Below the pieces are notes generated by a model that searched no databases, had not been told where the DNA came from, and saw nothing but the letters and a program-made list of their open reading frames with translations. From Elusimicrobiota bacterium (lineage in GTDB: Bacteria > Elusimicrobiota > Elusimicrobia > UBA1565): a DNA stretch of 53,194 nucleotides. The position numbers were made by a program, and so were the translations under genes. Positions within the stretch are counted from its first letter, which is position 1, and every line of letters begins with the position of its first letter. The stretch lies in NCBI GenBank assembly GCA_002401485.1, contig NVTF01000003.1:1-53194 (forward strand), read 5' to 3'. This document shows positions 36,574-46,716 of the stretch, piece by piece.

Positions 36574-37872
36574 CTAACGAAACGCGGACATTCGACGCCT
36601 TTTACGCCGCTTCCGAGACGCTAATTGCAGCAGCAGCCACGCCCCAATCAGCATGACGGGGAGATAGGTCGGGTTGTCATTAATAAAAAAAGAGGCTAAT
36701 TTCGCATTCGGAGACCGCTGAGGCTTCTTCGCACGCCGGACCATAGGCATTTTCTTCGGGGCAGGCATCACCTTTACGACCGAAGGGTCCGCCATCACAA
36801 GCGAGAGACTCTCAACTGAAACACTCCCTGAGATCACAACCGCCAACTTATCCGTGCCTGGGATTTTCTGATAGGCGAGCGCCTTCTTAAATCGAAACCC
36901 CGTCCTCCGACCCAGACGCCGCAGCGTTGTCCGTACGATTTCATTAGGCGAGACTTCCGATGGGATGCGAACACCGATCAGGATCTCGGTTTCAGCCGGA
37001 ACTCCGAATTCGGCAGGCGGCTTATTGCTTCGATGCGTCTGCACACGGAGTACCTTATCCGAACGCAGCAGCAACGCGGATTGGCCGGCGGGAACAAAAC
37101 CGCGAATACTAACACGTGTTTTTTTCTCGCCGTAATATTCAGCAGCCGCACTCGGGTCCCGCTTAAATGCGCTGGCAGGAAGTGTACGTAGAACGGCCCA
37201 TGCATCTCCGGGAGAATTCTCTAAATCCAATTCAAGGATGACGGCACGCATGCCTTTGGGAGTGAAGGTCCGTGGTTTCATTTCGGGAGCGGCCACCGCA
37301 CCATCAGCGCCGATTCCAGCGCCTAAAATTTTGTTCTCATAATCGATTCGACCCAAGGTCCGAGCCTGTGAAACAGAGACAGAATCGATCTGATGCGCCG
37401 GCAGCATCATCGGCTGACTCAGTCCGGACCAAAGAGAATACGCTCTCGCATTGAGGGCCGCAGGGGCATCCCGCAAATCCTCGGCCTCTTCCACTTCGAT
37501 CTCCGCTCGGGGGGTAATGCGCCGGATTCCGGGCCACACCTTCGCGGGTCTCTTCGCGTCGCGCTCGGGAAGCGGCCACGGGGCATGCGCCGCCTGACCC
37601 GCACGAACAGTCTCTGGAAACTTATCCCACTGCTCGTTGCGCCGTGAGGCGGTAGAACCCCGCTCATAAACAGGATTAACAGCCGGCTCTATGGAATCGG
37701 TCGGGTTCTCACCTTGCTGGCGAGCCCAACTCTCCTGATGGTCGGAGACTTCAGGTGAAATTTCATAGGGTTGGTTCGGATTTTCACCGAAAAAACTGGC
37801 TTGAAAATCAGCGGCGGCCGCGGGAATGCCAAAACCCAGGAATGCGGCAGCCATCAAAGGTCCCATTTTCAT
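36574..37872 (-). CDS. Exported hypothetical protein with C-terminal TM and poly-Arg tail
   Basis: Signal-like MKMGPLMAAAFLGFGIPAAAA; terminal YLPVMLIGAWLLLQLASRKRRKRRR. Confidence 0.75.
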   Translation of the reverse strand: MKMGPLMAAAFLGFGIPAAAADFQASFFGENPNQPYEISPEVSDHQESWARQQGENPTDSIEPAVNPVYERGSTASRRNEQWDKFPETVRAGQAAHAPWPLPERDAKRPAKVWPGIRRITPRAEIEVEEAEDLRDAPAALNARAYSLWSGLSQPMMLPAHQIDSVSVSQARTLGRIDYENKILGAGIGADGAVAAPEMKPRTFTPKGMRAVILELDLENSPGDAWAVLRTLPASAFKRDPSAAAEYYGEKKTRVSIRGFVPAGQSALLLRSDKVLRVQTHRSNKPPAEFGVPAETEILIGVRIPSEVSPNEIVRTTLRRLGRRTGFRFKKALAYQKIPGTDKLAVVISGSVSVESLSLVMADPSVVKVMPAPKKMPMVRRAKKPQRSPNAKLASFFINDNPTYLPVMLIGAWLLLQLASRKRRKRRRMSAFR

Positions 37873-37928
37873 ATAGGCCCATTGTACCACACCATGGAAC
37901 GGCTAAATCAACCAATTTTCAGGTATTT

Positions 37929-39338
37929 TCACCTGTTTATTGCAGTGTTATAGAGGGCTTCGTAGAGTTTGGCCGACCTCTTCCACGAAAAATCAACACC
38001 CATCGCATCACGGATTCGCGCCTGCCATGCCGATTTCTTCTCAAATGCCCTCCGGGCCGCCCCAATCACACCCGCCACGGACCGGCGCTCGGCACGAGCT
38101 GCTAGAAAACCGTGAGGACGAACGGTATCCGCCAAACCGCCGGTCGCAACCCCGATGGGAAGTGTTCCATAACGCATTGCAATCATTTGCCCGAGACCGC
38201 AAGGTTCAAATCGCGACGGCATCACAAAGGCGTCAGCCCCCGCGTAGACCTGATGTGCGAATGATTCGTCGAACGTTTCGTGCAGGTGCACGCGGTCAGG
38301 ATACCGGTCCCGAAACTTCCTATAGGGGGACAGAAGCGCCACATCCCCCTTGCCCAGCAAGACAAATTGATCGCCCTTCGCGACGCGCTTCTCCAGAGCA
38401 TCTAAAACCAAATCCAAACCCTTTTGCTGGCTGACGCGCGTGACCGAGGCGAATAAACAGGCTGAGGCGTTTGCCTCCAAGCCGGTCTCTCGCTGGAGTG
38501 CCGCCTTGCAGGCCGCTTTGCCTTCCACGAAATCAGACCTTCCATATCGGCGGACAAGATGTTCGTCCGTCTGCGGATTCCAGGTATCGACATCGATGCC
38601 ATTCAAGATGCCGGACAAATTCCCCTTCCGCGCGATCAGAACACCGTCCAGTCCGCATCCAAAATTAGTGGTGGTAATCTCGCGGGCGTAGGTAGGGCTT
38701 ACGGTATTAATCCGGTCGGCCCAAACCAGACCGGACTTTAAAAAACTCAACTGGTCATAAAACTCCGCGCCCTCCGCGGTAAATACCGACCACGGCAGAC
38801 CGAAACGGGACACCCTGTCTTTTGGAAAATTTCCTTGGAATGCAAGATTGTGCACGGTTTGAACCACCGCGGCATTACCAATCACAGGGTCCTCTGCGTA
38901 CAGCGTTTTTAGAACCAAGGGAAGAAGTCCTGTTTGCCAGTCGTGGACATGAAACACATCCACCGAATCAAAAAGAACGCGCGCGCCTTCAAGCACGCTG
39001 CGCGCAAAAAAACCAAATCGATCATCGTTGTCCGGATGCTCCCCTTCCTCATCACCGTACAAGCCGACCCGATCGAAGTACTGAGGACAATCGATGAAGA
39101 CCGTATCCCCTGACCGGAGGAGACGCGCGGAAACGGATTGCTTCCCGATCGGGACGGAAATCATGCCGACCGCCTCACCGTCTGGAAAACGCTCGCGGAC
39201 TTCACGGTAATATGGAAGGAAAAGAGTGACGGCAACCCCGCGCTCGCCCAACGCCTGAGGAAGAGATCCTGCGACATCCGCAAGCCCACCTGTTTTGCAA
39301 AACGGAACGGCTTCGCTGGCGGCAAACACGACCCTCAT
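37929..39338 (-). CDS. glgA: Glycogen synthase
   Basis: KTGGLADV, HVHDWQT, TVHNLAFQG, GILNGID, QKGLDL, MPSRFEPCGL, TGGLADTV. Confidence 0.97.
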   Translation of the reverse strand: MRVVFAASEAVPFCKTGGLADVAGSLPQALGERGVAVTLFLPYYREVRERFPDGEAVGMISVPIGKQSVSARLLRSGDTVFIDCPQYFDRVGLYGDEEGEHPDNDDRFGFFARSVLEGARVLFDSVDVFHVHDWQTGLLPLVLKTLYAEDPVIGNAAVVQTVHNLAFQGNFPKDRVSRFGLPWSVFTAEGAEFYDQLSFLKSGLVWADRINTVSPTYAREITTTNFGCGLDGVLIARKGNLSGILNGIDVDTWNPQTDEHLVRRYGRSDFVEGKAACKAALQRETGLEANASACLFASVTRVSQQKGLDLVLDALEKRVAKGDQFVLLGKGDVALLSPYRKFRDRYPDRVHLHETFDESFAHQVYAGADAFVMPSRFEPCGLGQMIAMRYGTLPIGVATGGLADTVRPHGFLAARAERRSVAGVIGAARRAFEKKSAWQARIRDAMGVDFSWKRSAKLYEALYNTAINR

Positions 39339-39565
39339 TCAAGAGTCCGGGGGACACTCCCGTCGCGGCGTACATCGCTGGGGAGGTTCATGTTGAGGGC
39401 CTCTGTCGAAATAGCGACCGACGCCGGCGCGGGTTTGGAGACTTCTTTAGCGGCCGTATTTTCTGTTGCGTTTAAACGGGCCTCCCGACGCATCAGTCCG
39501 AGTGTATACCCACCGATTGTGCTGGCAAGAAAAACGACGACTCCTAGTAATCGGCCCCTGCGCAT
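39335..39565 (-). CDS. Small membrane-anchored hypothetical protein (76 aa)
   Basis: Fills the scpB-glgA gap, overlaps the glgA start (ATGA), N-terminal TM. Confidence 0.6.
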   Translation of the reverse strand: MRRGRLLGVVVFLASTIGGYTLGLMRREARLNATENTAAKEVSKPAPASVAISTEALNMNLPSDVRRDGSVPRTLE

Positions 39566-39571
39566 TGCGCC

Positions 39572-40306
39572 TTAGGCGTCCTGCGACGACTCGTCTTTGG
39601 AGGTTTCTTTGCTTGAGGGCTCCTCACTCGAGGGTTCCGCTTGGGCGGCCTCTTCTTCGAGCTTATCTTCCAGTTCGGGGGAAATTTGATCCGGCAGGTC
39701 CGCCTCATCTACCAGAGAATCCGCGCCAGGGTCGCGCCCCTTGGTTTTGGTTTCATCGACTTCAGGGATCGCAAAATCCTCAAACGGTGGAAGATCATCG
39801 ACATTCCGCAGCCCAAAATGTCTCAAGAATTCAGTCGAGGTTCCGTACAGAAGCGGGCGGCCGACGGAATCTTTTCTTCCCGCAACTTTGACGAGTGCTT
39901 TTTCCAGCAAGGTTTCCAATGCGGCAATTACCTCAACACCGCGAATCGCTTCAATCTCAGCTCGAGTGATCGGCTGCTTGTAGGAAATGATCGCAAGGGT
40001 TTCAAGCGCGGCGGTCGAAAGACGCATGGTCATCTTGTCTTTATAAAGGTTGCGCACATAGCCTGCGAATTTGCTCCGCGTCGCCATCTGAAAGCCGTCA
40101 GCGACTTCGAGTACCTGAAGCGCCGAGCCGCGCGTGGTGTACTCCTGCTGAATTTCAGAGACCACCTCTTCAACAGACTCCTTATCCTTCACACCTACCG
40201 CCTGGGAGATTTTCTGGATACTGATCGGCGCATCGGTGATAAACAACAAGGTCTCGATTGCGTTCCTCAGCTCGAGCGCTTTTTCTTTGTCGAGTGTTTT
40301 AGACAT
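39572..40306 (-). CDS. scpB: SMC-Scp complex subunit ScpB
   Basis: IETLLF, LSTAALETLAIISYKQPITRAEIEAIRGV, GRPLLYGTS..FL..FGL; start MSKTLD. Confidence 0.96.
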   Translation of the reverse strand: MSKTLDKEKALELRNAIETLLFITDAPISIQKISQAVGVKDKESVEEVVSEIQQEYTTRGSALQVLEVADGFQMATRSKFAGYVRNLYKDKMTMRLSTAALETLAIISYKQPITRAEIEAIRGVEVIAALETLLEKALVKVAGRKDSVGRPLLYGTSTEFLRHFGLRNVDDLPPFEDFAIPEVDETKTKGRDPGADSLVDEADLPDQISPELEDKLEEEAAQAEPSSEEPSSKETSKDESSQDA

Positions 40307-41537
40307 CGTGATTCCCCTCATCCTCGGATTCACCCGGCGCCGCCCCAGGCTCATCGATGAAATTCATTTTTTCCGGTTCTTCTTCCTGGGCCGTCTCAAG
40401 CGTCGCCCCTCCCTCTACATCAGTCCAAGCCTTAAGCGTGTTATCGACCGGGGCAGGCTCGTCGCTTGAGGTCGGAGGTTCAAAGAAGGTCGCTTCAACG
40501 TCGGCTTTCTCAGCAGCCTCCGCTTCCAATTTCGCGGCTTCTTCAGCGGCGATGCGTTCCGACGCACGTTCGACCGGAGCCCGATCGGGAGGCAGTTCAA
40601 ATTCATCCGGCTGTTTAGGTTGTTTGGCGATGATTTCATCCCGCTTCGCACGCTCCGCCAGATACTCGCGAGCGGCGGCTATGGCGCTTTCATCCAACTC
40701 GCCGACCAGAGGTTCAGTCTTGCGAGGTCGCTTCCACGGCGGAGCACCTTTCGCGGTCTCCACCGGCGCAGGGTCCTCAGCAGGTTCTTGCGGGGTGTCG
40801 GAAGCCCAAACGGGAAACAACTCCTCCTCCTTGGCCTCCTTGGTGTAAATCATGATCGCGGCGTAGGGTGTATCCTGGCGGGCGAATACCCGCTGAGTCT
40901 TAATCAACTCCAACAACGCCATGAAGCAGGTGACGATCGCACGGCGACGCGTTTCACCCGCAAACACATCGATGAGCCGAATATAGGACTTCGCTTTGAG
41001 CATGTTAAGAATCTTGTCGATCTTGTCTTCAATCGGATACGCTTCGCCTTCAACGATGCGGCCGTCCTCCTCCGCTCGATCGAGCACTTCCCGCAGGGTT
41101 GCCAACAAATCAAAGATTTGGATATTGAGCGCCTTATCGCGCTCTTCAAATTGCGGTGCCCCCCGGTAGAAAACATTTTGAAATTCTTCCGACCGCCTTT
41201 TCAGGAAATTCGCGACCTCTTTAAACTTCTGATATTCAACAAGCTTAGCGACCAGTTCACTGCGCGGATCGGGGCCCACCTCCTCCTCGGGCATTTCGGC
41301 CGAGGGAAGCAGACTCTTCGCCTTGATCTGCAGCAGCGTCGACGCCATCACTAGAAACTCGCCGACGACCTCAAGATTCAGTTCCTGCATGAGGTCGAGG
41401 TACTCAATGTACTCCTTGGTGATCTTAGAGATCTCGATATTCAAAATATCGAGATCATTCTTCTTGATCAGGAAAAGAAGAAGATCGAGGGGGCCTTCAA
41501 AAATCTCAAGATTGACGCGGTAGTTTTTCGTAGTCAT
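40299..41537 (-). CDS. scpA: Segregation/condensation protein ScpA with long acidic tail
   Basis: FEGPLDLLLFLI, EFLVMASTLLQIK, DPRSELV..L.EY, FMALLELIK. Confidence 0.96.
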   Translation of the reverse strand: MTTKNYRVNLEIFEGPLDLLLFLIKKNDLDILNIEISKITKEYIEYLDLMQELNLEVVGEFLVMASTLLQIKAKSLLPSAEMPEEEVGPDPRSELVAKLVEYQKFKEVANFLKRRSEEFQNVFYRGAPQFEERDKALNIQIFDLLATLREVLDRAEEDGRIVEGEAYPIEDKIDKILNMLKAKSYIRLIDVFAGETRRRAIVTCFMALLELIKTQRVFARQDTPYAAIMIYTKEAKEEELFPVWASDTPQEPAEDPAPVETAKGAPPWKRPRKTEPLVGELDESAIAAAREYLAERAKRDEIIAKQPKQPDEFELPPDRAPVERASERIAAEEAAKLEAEAAEKADVEATFFEPPTSSDEPAPVDNTLKAWTDVEGGATLETAQEEEPEKMNFIDEPGAAPGESEDEGNHDV

Positions 41538-42628
41538 CAGCGTAAATTCATCGCCTTGCGTACGCGCTCCATCGTCGCCTCGGCCGAATCACGCGCCTTC
41601 GCGCTTCCGGCCTCAAGAATCTCTTCAACCAGTCCGGGCTTGTCGTATTTCGCCCGCTTCTCGCGAAACTCCGCGAACGGACCGTCCATCGATCCAAGCA
41701 GGTCTTTCTTGCACTGGAAACATCCGATTTGTCCCGCCTTGCATTCGACCTCACGGCGATCGGCAAAATCGCTGTACAGCTTGTGCATCGCAAAAACGAC
41801 GCAGCCCTCGGGATGTCCGGGGTCGTCCTTGCGAATTTTCATTGGATCGGTATACATATCCATAACTTTCGGTGACAGCGAATCCACCGTTTCAAAAAGG
41901 TCGATCCCGTTTCCGTATGATTTCGACATCTTGCGGGAATCGATGCCCGGGACCTTGCGGTTTTGGGTGACGATCGGTTTGGGCTCCACAAGAACATCCC
42001 CATAAACACCGTTAAAGCGACGCACAATCTCGCGAGAAATTTCGAGGTGCGGCAATTGGTCCTGCCCAACGGGGACCAGCCCCGCGCCATACACCGCGAT
42101 GTCTGCGGTTTGCATGACGGGATAACTCAAAAACCCGGACGTTCTCAATTCCAGCCGGTTTTTCTTCGGATCGGGCTTGATGGCTTCCAGGGGAGCCTGG
42201 GCCACTTTTTGGCGGATCTCTTTGGAGATTACACCCGCGCCTTCAAGCGCTTTGGAAAGCTTGGTCTTTCCAAGCTCCTGCAGCTGTTCCTTGTATGTGG
42301 GATTGTTCTCAAGCCACGAAATCGGCGTGATCATGCCCAGCAGCAGGGTCAACTCAGCGTTTTGCGGGACAAACGACTGGCGGAAAAATACGCACTTTTC
42401 AGGATCCAGACCGGCGGTGAGCCAGTCCAGAACCATATCGCGCACATCCTCGTTTAGACGGGCCGTATTCTCATACCCGGTTGTGAGCATGTGCCAATCC
42501 GCGACACCAAAAAAACACTCATACTCGTCCTGAAGCTCAATCCATTTTTCGAGAGCCCCGTAGTAATTCCCCAAATGCAGGCGTCCCGTAGGACGCATAC
42601 CCGACATCACAATTCCTTTCTTAGCCAT
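41537..42628 (-). CDS. trpS: Tryptophan--tRNA ligase
   Basis: SGMRPTGRLHLGNY, YPVMQTADI, VPVGQDQLPH, KMSKSYGN. Confidence 0.98.
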   Translation of the reverse strand: MAKKGIVMSGMRPTGRLHLGNYYGALEKWIELQDEYECFFGVADWHMLTTGYENTARLNEDVRDMVLDWLTAGLDPEKCVFFRQSFVPQNAELTLLLGMITPISWLENNPTYKEQLQELGKTKLSKALEGAGVISKEIRQKVAQAPLEAIKPDPKKNRLELRTSGFLSYPVMQTADIAVYGAGLVPVGQDQLPHLEISREIVRRFNGVYGDVLVEPKPIVTQNRKVPGIDSRKMSKSYGNGIDLFETVDSLSPKVMDMYTDPMKIRKDDPGHPEGCVVFAMHKLYSDFADRREVECKAGQIGCFQCKKDLLGSMDGPFAEFREKRAKYDKPGLVEEILEAGSAKARDSAEATMERVRKAMNLR

Positions 42629-42631
42629 GCG

Positions 42632-43267
42632 TCATCCCAGTAGACCTATCCAGCCCCAAATGTCGAGCGTGACCCGAATTGCGGGCATCACAATCGCGCC
42701 GAGCATTCCCGTTACCAGCATCACGAGGATGATAAATCCTCCGTAGGGAATATGTCGATTGTAGAGCTTCGCAAGAGGTTGTGCCAACACCCCGCCCAAG
42801 ACCTTGCTTCCATCGAGCGGGTGGACCGGCAGGAGGTTAAAAAACGCCAAAAACAAATTAAGCGTAGCCGTAAATAAAATGACTTCAAGCCACAAACCGC
42901 GCGTCTCGACCCCTACGCCCGGGATCACTGACACAACCTTAAACAGGATCGCGGCACCAAAAGCGAGAACGACATTTGCGAGAGGTCCAACAAGCGCAAC
43001 ACGGATCGCATCGCGGCGGGGATCTTTCATCTGCTTGGAATTAATCGGCACAGGTTTCGCCCATCCAAACATAGGGTTGCCCGTCAAGACGCACAGCATC
43101 GGCATGAAGATGGTTCCAAAAGGATCAACATGCGCGGCCGGGTCCAGTGTGAGGCGTCCGGCACGTTCCGCCGTATCGTCTCCACAGACAGAGGCAACCC
43201 AGCCATGGCAAAATTCATGCACCACAACGGAGAACATTAGCACGGGCAACTGGAAAAGCCACTCCAC
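42632..43267 (-). CDS. Site-2 protease (M50)
   Basis: HEFCH, GWAKPVP, GPLAN, FNLLPVHPLDG. Confidence 0.95.
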   Translation of the reverse strand: MEWLFQLPVLMFSVVVHEFCHGWVASVCGDDTAERAGRLTLDPAAHVDPFGTIFMPMLCVLTGNPMFGWAKPVPINSKQMKDPRRDAIRVALVGPLANVVLAFGAAILFKVVSVIPGVGVETRGLWLEVILFTATLNLFLAFFNLLPVHPLDGSKVLGGVLAQPLAKLYNRHIPYGGFIILVMLVTGMLGAIVMPAIRVTLDIWGWIGLLG

Positions 43268-43307
43268 GACGGAGATTGTACCTATTTCCGTCGGGAGTGG
43301 GATAGTG

Positions 43308-43688
43308 TTATTGCGGCAGGGGATTGCCGTCGTCGAATAACGCCGCCGTCAGCAATTCCCACTTTTTAGGCATCGAGAGAGCGGAAAATTCCATGTCCGG
43401 CAGCACTTCCCACGCCGCCATTAGAACCGCGACCGACTCGCAGGGATCCTCCCAAACAGCCTTCACCAAGGAAATATCTTCGCGCCTGCACGTCACGCCC
43501 AGAGTGCGAACTGCGGTTTCCCGGATTCGCGAATCTTCCTCCTGAAGTAAGGCCCTGATCGCCAAATGCCGGCCCCGCCGGTCTCCATATCCTCCCAACT
43601 CTTCGGCGATCTGCAATTTCAGAAAGAGGCTCTCGGCCTTCTCGTATTTCGCTTGAAGCAATTCCAACGAGTGCTCGTTTTTTTTCAT
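43308..43688 (-). CDS. HEAT-repeat-like hypothetical protein
   Basis: LLQEEDSRIRETAVRTLG; ATGA overlap with the DUF2339 stop. Confidence 0.7.
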   Translation of the reverse strand: MKKNEHSLELLQAKYEKAESLFLKLQIAEELGGYGDRRGRHLAIRALLQEEDSRIRETAVRTLGVTCRREDISLVKAVWEDPCESVAVLMAAWEVLPDMEFSALSMPKKWELLTAALFDDGNPLPQ

Positions 43689-46507
43689 GAGAGAGACTCC
43701 TCCAAGTCCGGCGAGAAACGCTGATAGAGAAACGAAGCCGCGATCAAAACCGCGGACAGCCCAATCAGCGACGCGACCCGATACAGCTGCTCCAATAGCC
43801 AGATGTCATGCAGAAATAACTTGCCAATTGTGACCGAAAGCAGCAACACACTTCCTAAACGCGCCCCACGACTATTGCGGAACAAGCCGATCACCAGAAG
43901 GGTGATGCCAAAGGCGCCCCAACCCAAAGAATAACTCAGGTCCATAGCGAGATTTCCTCCCGCGAAAAACAGGATCGTTGCTCCGGTACTAAAGAAGTCC
44001 GCAATCTCGATGTTGAGAAGCAGGAAGGCGAGAATGGTTCCACCCGCTTCAAGCGCGGCGGTCACAGGACAACCGGCCCACTCTTCCTCCTTAGGACTCC
44101 ACAGCCGCGCCGCCGCGAAGAAACTCGCGATGACGGCGCCATAAACCCCGAGGAACCAATTAAAAACGGGGAGACCGGCCCTGGAGTGATAAAAGAACAC
44201 TGCGGGGTTGGCCGCGAGACGTACAAACGCGACCGCCAGCAGCCCGCCGGCCCACAATTTGAGTCCTTCATGGGGAAGCTTCCGATACAACACCAGCAGT
44301 GCGGCACCCTCAAACGCCCACGCAAGCGTGATCCACTCCTTATCGAACTGCAGCGGAACAATCAAACTCACAAAAAACAGGGTGACCCCGCCAAACCATG
44401 CGATCCGTGTTTTATGAGTCGGATCCGTGAGTTCATCCTCACCCACAATCTGATAACACGCAGCCGCGTACAGGACCGCAAATAATGCGGGGAGAACTCC
44501 GATGAGTGAATTGCCGAGGCTTGCCGAAACGGCGGCATGAATCGGGAGAAACATCGCGGGACCCGACAGAGCCGCGACCGTCCACACAGGGGAGCGTTCC
44601 TTAGGAACTTCAGGATCCAGAAAGGGAATGGTCGCCACCGAGCCGAACAAAATCCCAAACCATGGGAGCACCTGCGCATAGTCGGTCATCGATCGCGCGG
44701 GCGCACCCCACGCCGTGCATACGATCCAAATCCCCCCCAGCAGTCCCCACGCCGCGTCATCATTGCCGAGACGTCGGATCAGAAACACGTTCATCGCGAC
44801 AACCAAGGAGGTGAACAGAAACGGCAAATGTATCGCGCCGGGAACACGGACAACCGCGATTGCAATGAGCACAAACGGTGTCAAACTCGACAACGCCGCC
44901 AGCGACGCTGCGCCCGACGCTGGCTTCTCGCCCTGCAGACGTGTGCCCAAGGCGAAGAATCCGGCGGAAAATACACCCAGCACCACGTAAAACTCGCCGA
45001 TCGGCAGCACATCAACACTCATCCCTAAAAGGCCCATGGACCCAAGTAAGACAAAGGTACAGAGACGCGTCATTCCAAGCGTCACCGCCGCAGTGATCGC
45101 GGCCGCATCAATTAAGAGCACCGCAAACCACAGGCCGGTTGCGTCGCCAAAACCCCGCAGCACGGGAACGCCGATGAGCGCCAACATCACGACCGGCAGA
45201 TACCCTGAAAACTCAAACGGTTTCGCGTCCGGCTCCATCTGCTCCAGAATCCACGGGAACGCGGCATGCAGCAGCGCAAAGACACTTGAGAAAACCAGCC
45301 CTGCCGTCAGGGTGGCCTCGTTCATCGAATCTCCCATCCAAAGCCCAAGAAGAATTGCCGTAAGGACTCCCGCTGTCCCGTGATATACCCGGAAACCTTC
45401 TTTGCGCAGCGCCAAGGCCGCAACCAAGACGCCGCAAAACATGAGCAGCGAGAAAATAATCCACGGATGCCCAGGAGCCGTCTGGACAAATAGCGCTAGA
45501 GCCGCAAACGGGAAGGCGACAAACGGCATCGCCCCCGCGGCCGAATCAAGATCATCCTCCTCGACGCCCCGCAGCACGGATATTTCCCGGGCCGCGACAA
45601 ACAACAAAGGAAAAAACGCAAAGATGCCCGCCGCGAGCAGCGTATTGCCGTCGTTAAAATACCGCAGCATCCAACTCCATTGCGTAAGCGCGGTACCCGC
45701 AGCCGCCATCACCGCGAGAAACCCCCACCGCTTGCGAATCACCGTCGCGAAAATTCCAAGGTTGAGCACGGCGATGTAGCTAAACAACAAGAATGCGTGA
45801 TCATTTCCCATCGAGAGCAGCGGCGGGGTAAGAAACCCCGAGACCAAGGCGATGACGGCGATATATCGCGAATTCATTCGCTCCGACAAAAGAAATGCCG
45901 CCAATGTCGTCGCAGCCATCAACACGGCGGCGACGCCCATCGTCACGAAGCCGAACTTCGCGTGGGCGGCGAAGATGTCCGCATAGAGAATGCCGATCCC
46001 CGCGGCGCATAACGTATGGGCGGTGACGAGAATCGCTTTCTCGCCCCCCCACTCCAAACGTAGGCCGGCAATGATCGCCGCGATGCCCACACCCGCACCC
46101 ATCGTGATTCGCATAAGCGGGGTGATGAGATCATGCTCAATCGAATACTTCACAAAGAAAGCCGCACCCAAAAAGAGCGCAAATCCTCCGACCCAGGAAA
46201 AGACCTGGCCGGCAGTAAAATCCTCCCAAGAAAGAGGCCACTCGAAAGCAGGCTCCACATTCGGAATGTCCTTTTTCGAAGCAGGTTCCGGCTTGGGAGC
46301 CGCGAGAGCCGGTTTGGCCTTCATCGGTAGACCCTTTTTGGGAGCCGCCGGAGGCACCTGAGGGGACGAAGCAGGCTGGGCTGGCTTGTCGCCTCTTAAT
46401 TCCCGAATAGCGTCCGCATGCTGATCGAGCCGCTTCAGCGCCTGCCGAGACCAAAAAAACGAGGCAGATGCTGCAAAAAACGTCCAGATGTAGAGTAGAG
46501 AGTCCAT
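43685..46507 (-). CDS. DUF2339-family polytopic membrane protein (940 aa)
   Basis: WVGGFALFLGAAFFVKYSIE...P..R, GFLTPPLLS, KLFLHD...YRVASLIGL; more than 20 TMs. Confidence 0.9.
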   Translation of the reverse strand: MDSLLYIWTFFAASASFFWSRQALKRLDQHADAIRELRGDKPAQPASSPQVPPAAPKKGLPMKAKPALAAPKPEPASKKDIPNVEPAFEWPLSWEDFTAGQVFSWVGGFALFLGAAFFVKYSIEHDLITPLMRITMGAGVGIAAIIAGLRLEWGGEKAILVTAHTLCAAGIGILYADIFAAHAKFGFVTMGVAAVLMAATTLAAFLLSERMNSRYIAVIALVSGFLTPPLLSMGNDHAFLLFSYIAVLNLGIFATVIRKRWGFLAVMAAAGTALTQWSWMLRYFNDGNTLLAAGIFAFFPLLFVAAREISVLRGVEEDDLDSAAGAMPFVAFPFAALALFVQTAPGHPWIIFSLLMFCGVLVAALALRKEGFRVYHGTAGVLTAILLGLWMGDSMNEATLTAGLVFSSVFALLHAAFPWILEQMEPDAKPFEFSGYLPVVMLALIGVPVLRGFGDATGLWFAVLLIDAAAITAAVTLGMTRLCTFVLLGSMGLLGMSVDVLPIGEFYVVLGVFSAGFFALGTRLQGEKPASGAASLAALSSLTPFVLIAIAVVRVPGAIHLPFLFTSLVVAMNVFLIRRLGNDDAAWGLLGGIWIVCTAWGAPARSMTDYAQVLPWFGILFGSVATIPFLDPEVPKERSPVWTVAALSGPAMFLPIHAAVSASLGNSLIGVLPALFAVLYAAACYQIVGEDELTDPTHKTRIAWFGGVTLFFVSLIVPLQFDKEWITLAWAFEGAALLVLYRKLPHEGLKLWAGGLLAVAFVRLAANPAVFFYHSRAGLPVFNWFLGVYGAVIASFFAAARLWSPKEEEWAGCPVTAALEAGGTILAFLLLNIEIADFFSTGATILFFAGGNLAMDLSYSLGWGAFGITLLVIGLFRNSRGARLGSVLLLSVTIGKLFLHDIWLLEQLYRVASLIGLSAVLIAASFLYQRFSPDLEESLS

Positions 46508-46554
46508 AATTTACCTCTACCCAGGGAGGAGCAATTTATATGCCAGTGGAGAGG

Positions 46555-46586
46555 TGCCAGGCACCGCGTGCGTTTGTTGCGTTTAG
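46555..46586. repeat. 32-bp REP-like dispersed element, copy 2
   Basis: Identical to 27929-27960; overlaps the palindrome GGTGCC-A-GGCACC (46553-46565). Confidence 0.9.
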
Positions 46587-46716
46587 ATCGTGGGCAATGA
46601 AGGAATTGAAAACTTATGCGCAACGGTCCTTGGAGAAATAGGCTCTCCGATCTTAAAAAGTTCTTATTTTTCCTACCCCGAACTAGCCCCGGGGCTAATG
46701 CCGGTCACTCTAAAGG

